Below, in pieces: positions 1 to 12,399 of a stretch of 64,000 nucleotides of DNA. The position numbers and the translations under genes are program-made. Every line of letters starts with the position of its first letter. Position 1 is the stretch's first letter. Where the stretch lies: the NCBI RefSeq assembly GCF_009914755.1, contig NC_060931.1. One strand, given 5' to 3'. The DNA is from the human T2T-CHM13v2.0 reference genome, Homo sapiens. The notes beneath the pieces were generated by a model. That model saw only the letters and a program-made list of their open reading frames with translations, was not told the origin of the DNA and searched no databases.

Positions 1-1085
1 CATAGTATATCATTACGATTACAATAAAATAACTTTTCTTTATATTTATTAAATTGTTCTTTCAATTTGATGTAGTGGTTAAAAGACTCTAAGCAACCTG
101 AAGAACACAATTATAAAATAACATTTTCAAAAAATCTTACAATCTGTGATGCCATTAAAAAGTGAAAGTTTCATTCATGACTATAGATAAATCATACATT
201 GCTGAGCCAGTATTAACATTTAAAATATCAGTTTTGTGTTCTAAAGATTTGTGACAGTCTGATGGCAGGAAATGATGGCAGTAAGATAACAGTTGACCTG
301 TTGCTTCAAAATAATGAGCCAAACCTTTTCAAGAAAGCCTGGGGCACACAGAGGTCAAGCTTACCTGCAGATGCTGGTAATGAGAAAGTGAAATAGCTAA
401 TTCTTATCTGATCCATTATCCAGGTACAAAAACTCCTGTGAGAAGCCCCATTAAAAACCAATAGATGTTGGCTTTTCCCAAAAAATCTGCCTCCTGGGAA
501 ACAGTTGAGGGTCTCTCAACTTGAGATTACAAAAAAGGAAAAGGAAGAAAAGGAAAAGAAAGGGAAAAATGTTTAAGGCGAAAGAAAGTTCTCCTAAGTG
601 CTTTTATGTGAAGTTTTAGGTCGGCTTTAAGCTATCCCAGAAATCTTTACATTAATGACATTCAGATGTGTAAACTTTGCTCTTGTGAGTGCACTTGCCA
701 TGCTCTCCTTTTTCCTGTTCTCTTCTATCCTTCATTATAACCTCCACCCAGTACATGGGGCTCCTGGGGATGCTCCCAGTTTTTTTTTTTTCTTTTGAGG
801 CCAAGTGAAAACGTGAAATTCACAACCTTTATCTTAAAGAGAGTTATATAAGAAGAAAAGAAAGTTACGGAAACTTTACCAATGTATTAAAAAGTAGTGG
901 CTTAAAGTTGTCTGTCAGACTATTCTATTCGCTTCAAACGTCAGATTGGCAGGTAATCAGCCCCAAAGCCTCACTTCATTGACTATTTTTTGGGGGAAAG
1001 TACCTGATAATTTTGTTCGGTAGGGTTAATCCTCCGTGTGAGTACCACCTGCCTCCCAGCAGCCCCAGCCCAGATTAGGCAAACT

Positions 1086-1582
1086 TGTAATGAATGTTCT
1101 TTCTTCTGTGAAATATGATATACAAAATGGCATCTCTCTGGTTCAGAGGCCTAAAATAAATTTGAGAAGCCATTCTAAGGACTATCTGCATGACCTGCAA
1201 CCTTGTCAAAAAACAAACAAACAAACAAAAACAAAAACAAAAATCCTGGAATTTTGCCTTGCACCTTTGAACTGGCCCAAACCTCAACAACCACAACATT
1301 CTGCAAAACAGCTAAATTTCACCAGCACTGTGACTCTTGAACAGCAACAACCAATTAACTATAGAATAATGTACTAAGCCAGGCTCCTTCAACGTTAATT
1401 ACTTGAAAACAACTTGTGTAATCACCCTTAGCTTTCTTTTACATTACTACTCCCCTCTCTGTCTTCAGAACACAATTTGGCTTCTAGCAGGATCTATTCC
1501 TCAAGCTGCAATGCCTAGGACCCCAGTAAATGACTTGTCTTACTACTTTGCAGTCTGGTCTTACACTTTTTCTTGGTGGACA
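1086..1582 (+). mobile_element. Degenerate ERV1-class LTR (MER67-like), possibly followed by internal sequence
   Basis: Starts TGTAA and ends ...tttcttggtggaCA, with LTR-like composition (AGTAAA ~55 nt from the 3' end). Family assigned from memory only. Confidence 0.35.
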
Positions 1583-2859
1583 CTTCATCACCAGCAAGCG
1601 AGTGGTGGATGATTGTCAGTTTTGATCTACTGGACATTTTGATTGTCTTCCTTCAGCAACATCAGTTGTCTGGCTGAGGTTGTGCAGCCATTCTTAGCAC
1701 TCTGAGGTGACTTCTTTTGATAGATGGACAGTCAGAGGCTGAAGTAACTTGACAGCACCTGTGATTCTATTGCATGTCAGAATCAACCTACAGATTCGCA
1801 CTAGATGAAGACGCACACGTGGAAGACATTACTCATTAGAGTGAGTATCCTCAGAACACTTGCTTTTTTGGTTCATTTGTTGTTTCATTTTTCTCGGTGG
1901 CCTTGAATGTTTCTAACTTTTGCATGCTGAGACTCAAGTGCAGGCAGGAGCCCCATCTTTAATGTCCTAGGCTTTTGCTACAACTGAGCATTGGTGAGAC
2001 TATGGAAAATCCAGATACATATACAGGTGGTCAGAAGGAACACATAACCCATTTTATGCATTGTGTCCACCAGAGCATTTTACTTAACAATATTCTTTTA
2101 TGAAAGTAAAAGACTCACTGAATAATAATCAAGCCAACCAGGCTTGAAGTAAGAAGGATAAGGTATATATTTTAATTGTCATGAATATAATAATTTTAAC
2201 AAAAGGACCAAATAGAATCTTCTGGTTCTAATTCTGGGCAAAGAAATGTGGCTTTGTTCAAAGTCACAGAGACACAGCACAGAGGGCCCCGGCTAGCACA
2301 CCTGTCCCTGTCACAGAGGTCTCTGCTACCCCACCTGTGCTCTGCCTCAGATTGGTTCTCAGACTGTGGGAATGAATTCAACTACACAGGATTACTGAAT
2401 CTTCCCACATATTGGCTTACTACAGCATAATATTTATATTTTGTTCTCTCCAACATCACCATCAGATCATCTAATTTTTATAAATCCATGACTAGAACAT
2501 TTTAATTTTGTTACTTATGGTCACGTGAATCAATTTTTTAACCGTACACTGTATTTATAAGTTAAAAATTTATAAATTCAAGACGCTGTAAAGTTTCTGT
2601 CTTTAACATGTGAAGGAAACGCAGGCTGGAAGTCACAAAGAGAGCAGGGGTCCCCATTTCCCAGCATCCTGTGGAGAGGTGTGCTTGCACCAGGTCAGAG
2701 CTAGACGAATGTGCTTCAGTAGGTTTTTTTGAAGGGTGTGGTAGTGCACCTTGCTAGTCTCTGTTCAGATCTTCTCAAATGCGTTCTAACAGTTCTGTAC
2801 CCTCCTTCTTCAGTGTCATTGTGCTTTTGGTTCATACAGTCCATACTTTAAGACTCCTC

Positions 2860-3238
2860 TTCATCCGACAACCCTTGGACTACTAGAGTTGTCTTCCCAG
2901 AAGCACAAAGGGCAAAAAGTGCTTGGGAGGTCACATCCCACCAACTCCTCACCTTCCCCCACCAATAACAAACAGCTGAGAGCTTGTCTTGCCTTTGCAC
3001 AGAACAAATCTGAGAAGTAACTTAGACTCCAGAGTTTTTCTGTAGGATCAAGCTAAAGCTACTCTTCTCCAGACTTCATCAAGGATCACATCTTTGCTTG
3101 TCTTCTTCTCCTTCTCTGACTTGCTTTTCCCCACTCCTTTATATGTTTCTCTAGGAAGAGTTCTATAGTGAATCACTTGCACAAGATAATCTTTAATCTT
3201 GGGTTAGGATCTATTTTCCGATAACTTGACTTCAAACA
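2860..3238 (+). mobile_element. Old ERVL LTR (LTR16-like)
   Basis: Motifs 'agtaacttagactccagag', 'gaatcacttgcacaag...aatc' and the end 'aacttgacttcaaaca' resemble the LTR16 3' end. Confidence 0.4.
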
Positions 3239-3381
3239 TGGGGCAAGTGTGGAAGCCAACTCTTACCTGCAGATTTATTTGGTCACCAGGCTTTCTGACC
3301 TTAGTGTCAGCAGTTTTCAGTTGTGAAATAGCAGCTGCTGAGCACTTGGAAATCTGGGGAAGCCATGGGAGGTTTGGTAGG

Positions 3382-3945
3382 TGTATTAGTTATCTTTTGC
3401 TTGTAACAAATTACCCCAAACTTAACAGTTTAAACAATGCACATTCATAATCTTACAGTGTCTGTGTGTCAGGAATCACAGCACAATTTAACTAAGTCTT
3501 CTTCTTTAGGGTCTCCCATGAAACTATAATCAAAGTATCAGACTGGACTGCAGTCACACTGGGGTTTAACAAGGTAAGATCCACTTCTGAGCTTACTCAG
3601 TGGTCGTTGGCAGGATTCAATCTTTTTGGTTGTTGGTATTATTTCCTTGCTAGCTGTTGGGCAGAGTTCACTCTCAGTTCTTTGCCACTCAAGTCTCTTC
3701 AATATTTTTCAGAAAAGTGTAAAAGACGAGAAGGCAAGAGAGTTCCAGTAAAAGAGAGAGAGAGAGAGAGAGCTAGGAAGGTGGGAGTCACAGTCTTTTG
3801 TAACCTAACCACGCAAGTGACATTTCATCACTTTTGCCATATTCTTTTGGTTAGAAGCAAGACACCAGGTGCAGCCCACACTCAAAGGCAGGAAATTACA
3901 CAAGGGCACGAACACAAGGATGTGGGATGTAGAACTCTCCCTCTG
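3382..3945 (-). mobile_element. MaLR LTR (MLT1F/G-like)
   Basis: 'tgtattagttatcttttgcttgtaacaaattaccccaaacttaacagtttaaacaa', 'gatccacttc...cttactca' and 'ttttgccatattcttttggttagaagcaag' are typical MLT1 reverse-strand blocks. Confidence 0.65.
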
Positions 3946-5049
3946 GAGCCTGCATTCTTCTAGGCAACCTGACATAAGCATCTAGGGCTGTTTTTGGAGA
4001 TTCCTGCTTGTCACTCTGGTTTCCTTTCATTAAAACTTTAATTTATACCTCAATGATCATATTCATAAGAAAATGCTATGGGGTTTCTTATTCCACATAA
4101 AAAAGCAAAGCCTATATTTACCCATAAATATCACTTAAATGTCAGCATAAGGGAGAAATACTTGGAATGCTTTCACCTTTGGAATACCTTATAAAAATAA
4201 AATGGTTAAAGTTCTGTATGACAAATCATGCAGTTCTGAAACACAAAAATTTCTGCTGCCACTTGGTTGGCATTTCCTTTGACACTTTCTGAAATGATGC
4301 TCAGATAATTTGCTTTTTTGCTCAATCTGGCTTGACAACTGGAAGGTATTTTATGCTGATCCTCAATGAAAAGCTCTGTGTCCACTTCAATGGCTCTAAA
4401 ATGAATCAGCTCAACTCTTAGATATGAATGATTCATTGGATCTTATCATCCTTATGCTGGCTGCCTTGGCTCTCAATTCACTAATATAATGATTTCTAAA
4501 TTCCGTGTCCAGATGTTCCCTTGGGATGAGCAGGGCAGAGAGAACACAGGTGTGTGAAAGGATGAAGTTTGTTTTATTTTGAATTTTTAATGAAAAAAGT
4601 AGTTATGGCTTATAGTCAGACTGTGATAAAGTGCTAATACAGTGTTATAGATGGTCTTATTCTCTCCACCAACACTACTATGTGCACCTGTACATATTCA
4701 TTTTGCCCTGCATGATATAGATAATAAATAAAGTCTAGTCAGTGGGGCTGTCAAGGCAGCCATCATTTAGAATTTGGCCTTACACCTATCTAAAATTTCA
4801 GAAAAGATTGAGAAATCCCTGCCCCCACCAGTAAATGAGAAAACCAAGAGTCATTAAATAAAAAGTAGCAATCATATGACAGACTGAGTGGCCTTTTATG
4901 CTCACTGATTCCAGAGTGAGCTGGAACTACTGAAAGGGACCAGTGACCTTGTTTTAATATCAAGTGTGCATGAAGGTTATCTTTGGTTCCCAGAAATTTT
5001 ATTTAATACAGAAATGATTTTTAGTTGAATCATCATTGTGGTTAAGCAT

Positions 5050-5351
5050 TATGTATATATATGTGTGTATATATATGTGTGTGTGTATATGTACATATGT
5101 ACATATTCATATGTGTACATATGTGCGTATGTGCATATGTGCATATGTGCGTATGTGCATATGTGCATATGTGCGTATGTGCATATGTGCATATGTACGT
5201 ATGTGCATATGTACATATGTGCATATGTGTATATGTGCATATGTACATGTACACATATTTATATATGTGTATGTGTATATGTACATATGTGTATATGTAT
5301 ATATGTACATACGTATATATGTGTATATACATGTATACACACACACACACA
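5050..5351. repeat. Compound alternating purine-pyrimidine microsatellite with a (CATATGTG)n core
   Basis: Read directly: (TA)/(TG) flanks, 8-bp units catatgtg/cgtatgtg/catatgta, terminal (CA)n. Confidence 0.95.
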
Positions 5352-6036
5352 ACTAAGAAAAAAAAAGGCTTGCTTTGTGCCAGAATGTTTAAAAGGCACT
5401 AAAATCCCAGGGCACCAGGCAGACACCCACTCAGATAGCTGAATAAAATTTCAGAGCCATGTCATTCATATAAATACACAAAGATGTAATGCTGGAAATT
5501 CATTATTTTTCTTGTGGGATACTTTCTGTCTCAACAGTAATAAAATTTATACAATTGTTGAATCAAACAGATGTAGCTTACATTTTGTCTAAAGGCCACA
5601 AAATCTGGATTCTGGAAGAATTAGATAAGAGAGTAAGCTCTTGTCTCAAAACGGTAAGCCCTGCACTGTCTACCCAGCTCTTCATGCTGCTATGAAGGCA
5701 TAAATAGAAGGTTAAAGTCAGATTTCTATCTACAGTTTAGACTTTCCCAAATGAAACAACGTATTTGCTGAACAAGAAGCACGTAATTCCTCTTACCCCT
5801 GTTAAGTAATTTTCTAGTCTACATACAGGCCACGGAGATTGGTTGTTGGGACACTAAGACACTAGGTGAGCAGAGCAAAGCCTGTCAGAAAAACTGGGCT
5901 ATTTTCTATTTTCTAAAATCTAACAAAATCGGATTCAAAAAGGACATTAATCTTATATTTTTAAAATAGTATAAGTCTAATATTTAAAATAGAATTGAGT
6001 TAAAAAATTGTCACCTCACATTTCCTCCACATCCTT

Positions 6037-6081
6037 GGCAGGGTATGGTGGCTCACCCCTGTAATCCCAGCACCCTGGGAG
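6037..6081 (+). mobile_element. Alu 5' fragment
   Basis: 'ggcagggtatggtggctcacccctgtaatcccagcaccctgggag' matches the first ~45 nt of Alu. Confidence 0.7.
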
Positions 6082-6224
6082 TTCCTTTAAAGCAACACAT
6101 AGATTTTCATTAATAAGTACACACATGTGTATACACACATGCTAAATCCTTTTGAAAAACAGAATATTGTAGATGTCATTTTTAAACTGTGTTGAAAATA
6201 CATCGTGAACACCATGCACATTAT

Positions 6225-7010
6225 GGTAGCTATTGATGGCTACCATCCACTCCCTATTTTCTTCCTAAAAAGGATGTCTGTGAAACAGCAAGGTGTCCAG
6301 TCCAAAGGAAGGATAAAGATCAGTAAAGCCACTCACAAGAATCCCATTCCCTGATTTCCCAGCCTCCTTGGCATGTAGGGTGAGCAATGATCCAGTTTGG
6401 ACCAAAAAGATCTAAGAGAAGAGAGTTGGGGGGCGGGGGCGTTCCAGAGAACTGTTGAACTTTTGCTTTTCTTTGTTTCTTTTTTTTTTTTTTTGTCTTG
6501 GAGTGATCTCTGCTCACTGCAACCTCCACCTCAAGCCATTCTCGTACCCCAGCCTCCCGAGTAGCTGTGATTATAGGCATGTGCTGCCACACCTGGCTTT
6601 TTAATTTTTATTTTTGTAGTAGAGATAGGGTTTTGCCATGTTGGCCAGGCAGGTCTCGAACTCCTAGCCTCAAGTGATCTGTCCACCTCGGCCTCCCAGG
6701 TTGCTGGGATTACAGGAGTGAGCCATCACACCCTGCCAAATATTTGCTTTTCCAATTAAATAAGTCCAGATGGCTTCATTCTTTCTTTTCCCCATCCTTT
6801 TACTTTCTTCCAACTTGCATATAGATTTGAAGACTGGCACCTTAACAGCCATCTTTGGAGCATGAGGGAAAGGCAAAGAGGATTACAGACACATCATCCT
6901 TGAGCCTCTAGCCCAGCATTGCCTACCACCAGATTCCTCAATATGAAGGAAACATAAACATAAATTGCCTCAGCCATTGTGCTTGGGTTTTCTCTCGCTT
7001 AGAACCAAAT
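6225..7010 (+). mobile_element. Old MaLR LTR (MLT1J/K-like), interrupted by an Alu
   Basis: Blocks 'tttcccagcctccttggc...tagggtg...tgatccagtttggacca', 'cagccatctttggagcatgaggg' and 'agccattgtgcttgggttttct'. Confidence 0.5.
6478..6737 (-). mobile_element. Alu (AluJ/AluS-age, internally deleted)
   Basis: Poly-T followed by reverse-complement Alu ending 'gagccatcacaccctgcc'; candidate TSD tttgcttttc on both sides. Confidence 0.9.
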
Positions 7011-8089
7011 AAGGCTTTCATTTTTCATCTATCTCAGTGTTTCCTTAAATGTTGGATATATGTCTTTGATGTTATGACTACAGAAGCTAATTTCATGTTG
7101 TTTAGAGCAAGTCACTAAATAATATTATGTCAATAACATAAACTTCATTTCGTTTCTCATTTTACTGCAGTCATTCGGATTATATAAAGACCTAAGTATG
7201 ACTTAAATAGTCATTTTTTTTTAATTATCCTTTTCTAAAATGCCTAAACAGGCTATCAAGCTTATAATTAATAGTATTGTTTTGATCATATTTGTATTTA
7301 TCATTACTTTTCCTTCATATTAAACAATGCTGGTTTCTGTTTTTGACAAGTTTATTAGCAGACGTAGGGAACTATGTTAAGAAAATATGGACTCAGGTGG
7401 CACATGCATATGGCAAAATTCTTGAGGGTAAAATAGCAAATTATTAAAGCAGGGAAACACCATTGCACCATGTCACTTTTAATGGTTGTAGACTGTACTC
7501 TCAGAAGATTATATTTGGGTGTAATATTTAGAATATTAACATCTTGCATGTTGTGGGCACAAACCGCCAACCAATAATCATAAAGCAAATGGCAGAAACA
7601 GATGCTAACATAAACCGTCGGAACTGTGGGTGACTATCAGCTACTTATCAGGCCTGATTGTAACAACAGTGCATTTAATCAGTCGCTTAGTAAAAACTAC
7701 ATTTAAGTTGTGACATGTTAGCAGCCAAATCTTTGCTAAATTTATTCATCAAATAAATGTTTCAATTATTCCCTCAAGATTAATGACTAAAAGTTAAGTT
7801 TCTGGGAGACAATGACAAATATTTTTTAAGTATTTTCATATGTATTTACCTAAATATCTCCCAGAATGCTTATACCAATTCCATTCCTACAAATATTGTA
7901 AAAAACTGAATTTTTTTCTCAATCTTTCTATCATGTTTTTTGTTCATGAACAAACAGGTCTATTTGTTCGTAATCATTTTCTTTTATTCATGAAATATGT
8001 CACAACAATCACTCAATTCAATATATATTAATCTAACAAATTATTTCAAAATTTCAGTATATTTTAAATATTAAATGCCACACAATGTA

Positions 8090-8260
8090 CTTTATTTTTA
8101 AATTGGTAGATATTTGTACTTATTTATTGTGTATATGTGATTTTTGACATGTGTCTACAATGTGTAATGATCAAATCAGAGTATGCAGCTCATCCATCAC
8201 CTCAAACATTTATCATTTCTTTGTGTTGGGAACATTTCAAACCTTCCGTTCTAGCTATTT
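8090..8260 (-). mobile_element. L1MA 3' end fragment
   Basis: 'aatgtgtaatgatcaaatcagagta...tccatcacctcaaacatttatcatttctttgtgttgggaacattt' matches the L1MA 3' terminus. Confidence 0.75.
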
Positions 8261-9435
8261 ACACAATGCACTTTCTAACAAACTAAATAATGTTGAGATA
8301 TAAAATGATAATGCTAGTAATTTTCACTCACCCTACCTACTTCACAAACATACCTACCTTGAGTCTATCTTTTTAGCAGAGATATCTCATATTATTCCAT
8401 TTTTAAACACACATATGCCAATATATAGCCATGTATAAGGACTTCAATTACTTCTGTCTTAGAAAAATGAGATTTTAATAACAGTTTGGCAATTTTTGTC
8501 TTTGGAGTATCATTTATATCCCATCACATCAATAGTGAGAGATACAATTCACTTTTGATGTTGGGTTATACTACACGGTGTTAATATTTTATAACCAATT
8601 CAAACATTACCTACTCTATTGGCATATATATATCTACTCCCAAATCTTTTGCTACCATTAAAAAAGTCCCTGTAGACATACATGTTTCTACTCATGTTTA
8701 TTGAGTTTTTCTCTTGAAGAGAGATCTCCTCCACTTCACACACATAACAAAATAGGATTGTTAAGTCAGAGTATGTATAATTTTAACTCACAGTTGTTAT
8801 AGAATATGTGAGACTACATTTCTCCACAAAATGTTCCAGTATACATATTTCCCCATTTAATACTGGATATTACTAGTCTTTTAAATTTTGTTAATCTGAT
8901 GTTTTTTAAAAATGATGTTTTCTTGTGATTTACTTACCATGAGTTTCAGAATATTTTTTATTTCCTTCTTTATTTTAATAATTTTCAGTTATCTTTTATG
9001 GGTTGTCTTTCTTGCTTATTGTATCATTTTTACTTTAACTTTTGCTGTTTTTGAATTTATAGTGCGGTGTGTGGGTGGGTGGATGGGTGTGTATACACAC
9101 AATTGTCCATATAGAAATGATGGTCCATATATATATGGAATATTAAATTTTGATTACAATAAATGGTTCAAATGCTTTCCTAGTCTATTGTTTGTCTTTT
9201 AGCTTTTCTCAGTGTAAATCAATCTTATCTATCTATCATTTATCTATATCTTTGTCTTTTTATCTATCAAGTTTTATTTTCTCATGTAATAAAATATGGC
9301 TAATTTACGTATAGACAATAGAGATTTTATTTTTGTCTTAAGTGTGTTAGGCTTTTAACTTTATTTTTGTTAAGTTGGTTAGGCAATCATTTATTAAGCA
9401 AAAATTTTCCAGGAGACTGAAATAACACTTTTATC

Positions 9436-9615
9436 AGTGGTGTGCTCCAATTGTTAAATTTTTAAGAGTTTTGAAAGCTGGTTGGTATGACATTGGTAGC
9501 TTATAATTGGCTATAGTCTAAGCATTTATATCACAGAAACTGGTAAACTCTATATCAGTCTCCCCTCTACCCTGCTGCAGCCCCAGAGAGCTGAATGTTA
9601 AACAGACTCACCACT
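9436..9615 (+). mobile_element. hAT DNA transposon relic (MER63-like)
   Basis: Begins cagtggtgtgct, continues 'attgttaaattttt...ttttgaaagctggttg', and ends ...caccact (terminal inverted repeat remnant). Confidence 0.55.
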
Positions 9616-10199
9616 TTTTAGTCATATGTGTTTTCCTTATATCCTTGGACCTAATGCTGAACTCTATATTTCAATCCTCTCATCTGTTTGTTTAATGATA
9701 TACAAATATTTTATATTTACAGTAGATCTGTTTCAGAAACTGGTGTAGCAAAAATACTTTTTAAATATTTTTTGCAAAAATCTTTTGGCATTTCTAACAT
9801 TTGCTATATATTTTTAAATACTTTTGACAAGTTGTCATTCTCAAATGACTAAAAAAAGAGCAAAAATTGTCATTTTGACTGAAAATGGATTAAATCATGC
9901 ATTTGTTTGAGAACAGTAGATGTTTTTATAATATTCATTTGGTAAAATTATTTTTCTCTGTTGAGCATTTTAAAGAAATATATTTATGTTCTCTTAGGCT
10001 CACTGTAATAAGTCTACTTGTCTTAGTGTTATTAATTTAAATTGTGAAACTGAAATTAAAACATAATTCATTCACTTTTTTCAAATTACAAAGTTGATGT
10101 GCTCCTAATGGAACTGAGCATCCTTTCTTATGTGACACTTTTCTCATGTAATTAATTAGTTAAGAGGAAGTTGCTAAGTAGATATCTATCTACTTATCT

Positions 10200-10705
10200 A
10201 AATTCTTTTTTTAGAAGTTTTATGATTTTGGAACCCACATTTACATTTTTAATACATTTCAAAGTAATTTTTGTATATTATGTAAAACGATGGTCCAATT
10301 TTATTGTTTTGCATGTGTATATACAGTTTTCCCAACACTATTTATTGAAGGAACTGTCCTTTTCCCATTTTGTATTCTTGGCACATATGTCAAAGATTAG
10401 GAGACCATACATGATTGGGTTTTTTTCCTGGGCTCTCTATACTGTTCTGTTGGTCTATGTGTCTATTTTTATCCCAATACCATACTGTTTTGATTACTAT
10501 AGCTTTGTAATATAGTTAAAATTAGGGAATGTGATGGCCCCAACATTGCTTTGTCTTAAGATTTATTTGGCTATTCATGGTCTTTAAAGATTCTATATGA
10601 ATTTTTGAATATTTTTTCTATTTCTGTAAAAAATGTCATAGGAAATTTATAGGGATTGCATTAAATCTGTAGATCACCTCAGGTAGTATGGACATTATGA
10701 TAATA
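10200..10705 (-). mobile_element. L1M (L1MA/MB) ORF2 3' fragment
   Basis: 'cagttttcccaacactatttattgaag', 'catactgttttgattactatagctttgtaatatag' and 'gggattgcattaaatctgtagatcac' are L1 antisense hallmarks. Confidence 0.85.
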
Positions 10706-10769
10706 CATCTATACTTTGCTTATTTCCTAGCCTTCTTTTCTGGCTCTGATATGATCTTAATACTGGTCC

Positions 10770-11005
10770 CTTGGGGAAAATGGGAAGATGTTGCTCAAAG
10801 GGCACAAACTTTCAGTTATAACATGAGCAATTATGGGATTTAATGCAAACCACAGGCAGTGATAATTTGGTTAATTAATTTGATATGATAAAAATTACAG
10901 TATATGCATATCAAGTAACCACATTTTTAATCCTGGAACATATATAATCCTTGTCAATATTACAAAATTTAAAAATAATAAATAAAATTTGAAAATAAAT
11001 TATGT
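10770..11005 (+). mobile_element. L1MA (MA9/10-like) 3' end with A-rich tail
   Basis: 'ggggaaaatgggaagatgttgctcaaagggcacaaactttcagttata' followed by an A-rich tail. Confidence 0.65.
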
Positions 11006-11013
11006 CATTAACA

Positions 11014-11508
11014 TGTATAATAGGGTTCTCTAGAGGGACAGAACTTATAGGATACATATATATATGTATACATATACGTGTATATACATATATATATACA
11101 CATGTATATATATATCAGGGGGGTTTATTAAGAATTAACTAACATGATCACAATGTCTCACATAGGCTGTCTGCAAGCTGAGGAGTAAGGAAAGCCATTC
11201 CATGGCCCAAAAATGAAGAACATGAAGTCCAATGTGTGAGGGCAGGAAGCATCCAGCACAAGAGAAAGATGATGTAGGCTGGGAGGCTAGGCCAGTCTGT
11301 CATTTCACATTTTTCTACCTGCTTTTTATATTCTACCCATGCTGGCAGCTGATCAAATGGTGCCCACCCAGAATAAGGTTGCATCTGCCTTCCCCCACCC
11401 ACTGACTCAAATGTTAATCTCTTTGGCAACACCGGCACAGACACACCCAGCATCAATACTTTGTATCCTTCAATCTAATCAAGTTGACACTCGGTATTAA
11501 CCATCACA
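11014..11508 (-). mobile_element. HERV-L 3' LTR (MLT2A1-like)
   Basis: 'agggttctctagagggacagaac'...'aagttgacactcggtattaaccatcaca'; contains an expanded (TA)-type microsatellite at ~11053-11115. Confidence 0.92.
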
Positions 11509-11520
11509 AGCCTACCCCTT
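11509..11520 (-). other. Polypurine tract of HERV-L
   Basis: Minus strand AAGGGGTAGGCT immediately precedes the 3' LTR start TGTGATGG. Confidence 0.75.
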
Positions 11521-11967
11521 GTCAACTGGAACCCGTACACATCTTCTGAGATCGTACATAATCTTCAAATAAAGACAATAATAAGGTCATAACTATGCCT
11601 AACATAATACAACTATCTTTCATACAGGAAACACAACAGCCCCCAACCCAAATACTATTACATAAAGTTAACAATGCTTAAATGCTGATGTGAAGTCAAT
11701 AAAACTTATGTCACATGATAAGAAAAAGGAAATAAAATGAAGATAGTTTCTTAGTACAAGTGTATAAATGTACAAACAAGTTTTTAACGAAAGAAGGAGG
11801 AAATAAATACTCATGACAATACTCATGACAAATATAGTCCTTGTTTCTGCAGCTAGTCATGTGGTCATAGCTGATATTTATGACTACCTTCTACTACCAA
11901 TTCTGTATTCCCTTTGCCTTTAGCAAGCACCACAGCAGGTCGTTTGTTTGTTTGTTTGTTTATTTAT

Positions 11968-12385
11968 TTATTTATTTCTGGTGGAGTGACCCAAACCTTT
12001 GTTGTCGAAGAGTCTGGGCCATTTGTAGTCCTTCCTGTATAGATTGGGTTGTTGTTGTTTCCCACTGACTTTAATCACAGGGCACGGTAATATTAAGAGA
12101 AGCCCTAATGGATCTCCTGTACTCCATGCATACTCTTTCTTTCCTGCATTGTGGAGTAGTAGACAGATTTCATCTTGATAGTCTGGGTCAATCAACCCAG
12201 CCAACACTGTAACTTAAAGATACGTAACTTAAACACTGTAACTTCTTAGCCTGTTGACTTAAAGGTAGGAGGAACCCAAAGTGTCCAGGTGGCAATCTTA
12301 ACTTCCAGTTAATGGAATCATTGTTGTGTCTCCTGGTGGCAGCATTACTCCCTCTGGAACTAGGACACCTAGGACAGCAGAACAT
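11968..12385 (-). pseudogene. HERV-L dUTPase (frameshifted)
   Basis: ORF fragments NWKLRLPPGHFGFLLP and AGLIDPDYQDEICLLLHN carry dUTPase motifs; position downstream of integrase is characteristic of ERV-L. Confidence 0.85.
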
Positions 12386-12399
12386 AATGTTGTGGGAAC

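Noticed and set aside
4206-4436. 76-aa ORF in non-repeat DNA (also 44242-44445, 39304-39519)
   Set aside because: Length within random expectation; no domain similarity or supporting gene structure.
5036-5442. Six overlapping C/V/Y/M/H-rich ORFs
   Set aside because: Artefact of the stop-free alternating microsatellite.
10200-11005. Opposed L1M fragments suggesting a twin-priming inversion
   Set aside because: Unrelated filler lies between the pieces and no TSD was found; equally explained by independent insertions.
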